DNA from: Clostridia bacterium
GTDB lineage: Bacteria > Bacillota > Clostridia > Christensenellales > CAG-138
Direction: 5' to 3'
DNA length: 64,000 bases
NCBI GenBank assembly: GCA_017614315.1
Contig: JAGACA010000007.1
Location: 68,433 to 132,432, forward strand
This document shows positions 61,750-64,000 of the stretch, piece by piece. The position numbers were made by a program, and so were the translations under genes. The notes beneath the pieces are model-generated. The model ran no database searches and was not told where the DNA came from. It worked only from the letters and a program-made list of their open reading frames with translations. Position 1 is the stretch's first letter. Every line of letters begins with the position of its first letter.

Positions 61750-63201
61750 TTATTCTTCCCGCATCTCGTCCAGGAGCTCCGCGACGACGACCTTCTCGTC
61801 GAAGGGATACTTCACGCCCATTATCTCCTGGTAGGTCTCATGCCCCTTTCCCGCGAGGACGACGACGTCGTCTTCACCGGCATGGGTGAGAGCGTAGCGG
61901 ATCGCCTCGCGGCGGTTCTCGATCACGACGTATTCGACGGCGGTCTTGTTGACTCCGTCAAGGACGCTTTCGATGATCGACATCGGATCCTCGGTACGGG
62001 GATTATCCGAGGTCACGACGCAAAAGTCGGAGTAGCGGCCCGCGGCCTCGCCCATGATAGGACGCTTTGCGTGGTCGCGGTCGCCGCCGCAGCCGAACAC
62101 TGAGATGACTCTGCCCTTAGCGAATTCTCTTACGGATGTCAGGAGGTTAATCATGCCGTCTGGTGTGTGAGCAAAGTCGAGAATAACGGAGAAGGGGAAG
62201 CCCTCGGTATCGAGGGATTCCATACGGCCGGACACGCCGGCGACGGAAGAAAGCCCCTCGGCTATCTTTTCAAGCGGGAAGCCGAGCTTGAGCGCCATCC
62301 CGGCGGCGAGCATCGCGTTGAACACGTTGAACAGTCCGGGGATGGGAACGGAAACGTGCGTGACTCCTGCGGGAGTCGTCATATCGAATTCGACGTCGCG
62401 GACGTTGATCTCGATATTGTTTGCGTATATATCCGCCGGCTCGCGCACGCCGTAGGTGACGCGGGGGATGGTAAGCCCCTCGAGCAGCCTTTCGGAATAC
62501 GGATCGTCGGCGTTTACCACGGCGTATGCGGAACGCTCGAAGAGCTTCTTCTTCGCCGCAAGGTAGTTGTCGAACGTCTTGTGATAGTCAAGATGATCCT
62601 GAGTGAGGTTCGTGAACCCGCCGATCTCGAAATCGATGCCGCGTACGCGCTCCTGATCGAGGGAGTGGGAGCTTACCTCCATGACGACCAGATCCACGTG
62701 CTCGTCGAGCATCATGCGCATTATCTCCTGAAGCTCGGTGGATTCGGGAGTAGTGCGCTGGGTGGAGATCACCCTGTCGCCTATTATGTTGCGGATGGTG
62801 CCTATGAGCCCTACCTTGAGCCCGCATTTCTCCGCGATGGATTTGAGCATATACGTCGTCGTGGTCTTGCCGTTGGTGCCGGTGACGCCGATCACGCGAA
62901 GCTTCTTCGCGGGATAGCCGTAAAGCTTCATGGCAAGCTCTGCCATGGCGCGGCGGGAATCGGCGGCGATTATCTGCGGAACGGGGAGGGGTAGCTCGCG
63001 CTCGACCAAAAGCACGCTCGCACCGTGCTTGACGGCGCTCTCGGCGAAGTCGTGACCGTCCATGAACGTGCCGACGACGCAGGCGAACATCTCGCCCTCC
63101 TTGACACGGCGCGAATCGTATTCTATACGGGCGATATCTATATCGCCTTTTGAATTGACGAGCTTAAGCTCCGTATTTTCGATCAGCTTTGAAAGAAGCA
63201 T
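61750..63201 (-). CDS. murE: UDP-MurNAc-L-Ala-D-Glu--2,6-diaminopimelate ligase
   Basis: 483 aa. GVTGTNGKTTT P-loop and the DNPRTEDP motif associated with DAP-adding MurE. Confidence 0.9.
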   Translation of the reverse strand: MLLSKLIENTELKLVNSKGDIDIARIEYDSRRVKEGEMFACVVGTFMDGHDFAESAVKHGASVLLVERELPLPVPQIIAADSRRAMAELAMKLYGYPAKKLRVIGVTGTNGKTTTTYMLKSIAEKCGLKVGLIGTIRNIIGDRVISTQRTTPESTELQEIMRMMLDEHVDLVVMEVSSHSLDQERVRGIDFEIGGFTNLTQDHLDYHKTFDNYLAAKKKLFERSAYAVVNADDPYSERLLEGLTIPRVTYGVREPADIYANNIEINVRDVEFDMTTPAGVTHVSVPIPGLFNVFNAMLAAGMALKLGFPLEKIAEGLSSVAGVSGRMESLDTEGFPFSVILDFAHTPDGMINLLTSVREFAKGRVISVFGCGGDRDHAKRPIMGEAAGRYSDFCVVTSDNPRTEDPMSIIESVLDGVNKTAVEYVVIENRREAIRYALTHAGEDDVVVLAGKGHETYQEIMGVKYPFDEKVVVAELLDEMREE

Positions 63202-63215
63202 AAAAACCTCTCCTT

Positions 63216-64000
63216 CTAATCATCGAGGTTCATCCTGAACCACAGGCCGACGGCGGTGCCGACCTCGACCTTCGTTCCGGCGGGTATCGACTGCGCATAG
63301 ACGTATCCCGCGGGATCCGTCGTATCGGTCGTCATTATAAGTCCCAGCGATTTCAAAAGGTCGTAAGCCTTAAGGGGCGTATACCCCCTAAGGTTCGGGA
63401 CCGTAACGTACTTTTTCGTTTCGGTGTACTGCTCCTCCGGCTCGTCAAGACCGGTATAGAGGAGCACCTGATATCCCTTTACCACGGTCTCGCCCGCGGC
63501 GGGTATCTGCGCGATGACCTGGTCGCTGCTCTGGCACACGGCGTAAAGGCCGACCTCGGCGAGCTTCGCTTTCGCTTCCTCGGCGGAAAGTCCCGTCACG
63601 TCGGGCACTTCGACCGTCGGCTGATGGAGCGTCGGCGCTATGCCGGAGTAATGGAGGATGTTCTCGAGGACTTCCTTTACGTACGGCGCGGCGACGGTCG
63701 AACCGAATATCGACGCCACCTGCGGCTCGTCTACCAGTATGAGGCAGACGTACTTGGGGTTTTCGGCAGGAGCAAAGCCGATGAAGGAGCAGATGTATTT
63801 GCCCTGATCGACCCTGCCGTACTCGTCGTATTTCTGCGCGGTTCCGGTCTTGCCGCCGACGGCATAGCCCTCGATGCGGGCGTTCCTGCCGGTACCGTTG
63901 TCGACGACGCTCTGGAGGATCTTGCGGACCATGGCGGAGGTCTCGCCCGAGATCACCTGGCGGAGCGGGGAGGTGTTCGCCTGGAAAACGATGTTGCCGT
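63216..64000 (-). CDS. Class B penicillin-binding protein (FtsI/SpoVD-like), C-terminal part with two PASTA domains; continues beyond the window end
   Basis: KTGTAQ transpeptidase motif, then two PASTA-like repeats (VEVPDVTGLSAEEAKAKL.. and VTVPNLRGYTPLKAYDLL..). The reading frame stays open upstream of the first Met to position 64000. Confidence 0.85.
   Translation of the reverse strand, partial: GNIVFQANTSPLRQVISGETSAMVRKILQSVVDNGTGRNARIEGYAVGGKTGTAQKYDEYGRVDQGKYICSFIGFAPAENPKYVCLILVDEPQVASIFGSTVAAPYVKEVLENILHYSGIAPTLHQPTVEVPDVTGLSAEEAKAKLAEVGLYAVCQSSDQVIAQIPAAGETVVKGYQVLLYTGLDEPEEQYTETKKYVTVPNLRGYTPLKAYDLLKSLGLIMTTDTTDPAGYVYAQSIPAGTKVEVGTAVGLWFRMNLDD

Overview
All calls come from reading motifs, start-site context and DNA repeats by eye. 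No BLAST, HMM or folding search was run. The window holds about 49 kb of a Firmicutes/Clostridia-type integrative conjugative element (ICE), followed by about 14 kb of GC-rich chromosome. The ICE abuts a tRNA-Arg(CCU) locus at about 49.4-49.6 kb. The chromosomal part carries an acyltransferase, a GT4 glycosyltransferase, an ArsR-HMA-cadA metal-efflux operon and a dcw cluster (ftsZ, ftsA, ftsQ, ftsW, murD, mraY, murE, PBP). The ICE backbone is almost entirely on the minus strand. From the tRNA side it reads parA-parB, a thioester/Cna-B-type adhesin, a putative leading region (Toprim primase, DUF3846, LPD-like ORFs), an oriT candidate, mobC-relaxase, PcfB, VirD4, Maff2, a VirB6-like protein, PrgI, VirB4, an NlpC/P60 hydrolase and a sortase. 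At the far end sit a LexA-like repressor, a Y-family polymerase, YolD, two zinc-ribbon genes, a sigma-like gene, four tandem Xis-like HTH genes and a tyrosine integrase. Between these two arms lies an AT-richer cargo island (about 6.3-27.0 kb), bracketed by two inward-facing paralogous WYL regulators. The island contains four units. (i) Dcm plus a MutL/MORC-like GHKL ATPase, Z1, PD-(D/E)XK and AIPR (Mza-like), followed by Vsr and an SRA-like/Mrr-cat protein. (ii) A divergent RHH/SLOG pair with a perfect palindromic operator. (iii) A four-gene operon with its own promoter: an ABM protein, a PD-(D/E)XK protein and two unknowns. (iv) WYL, a 95-aa ORF and a 1,556-aa NO VEIN-like GHKL-DUF3883 protein. 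Units (iv) and (iii) are my best candidates for an uncharacterised defence system.
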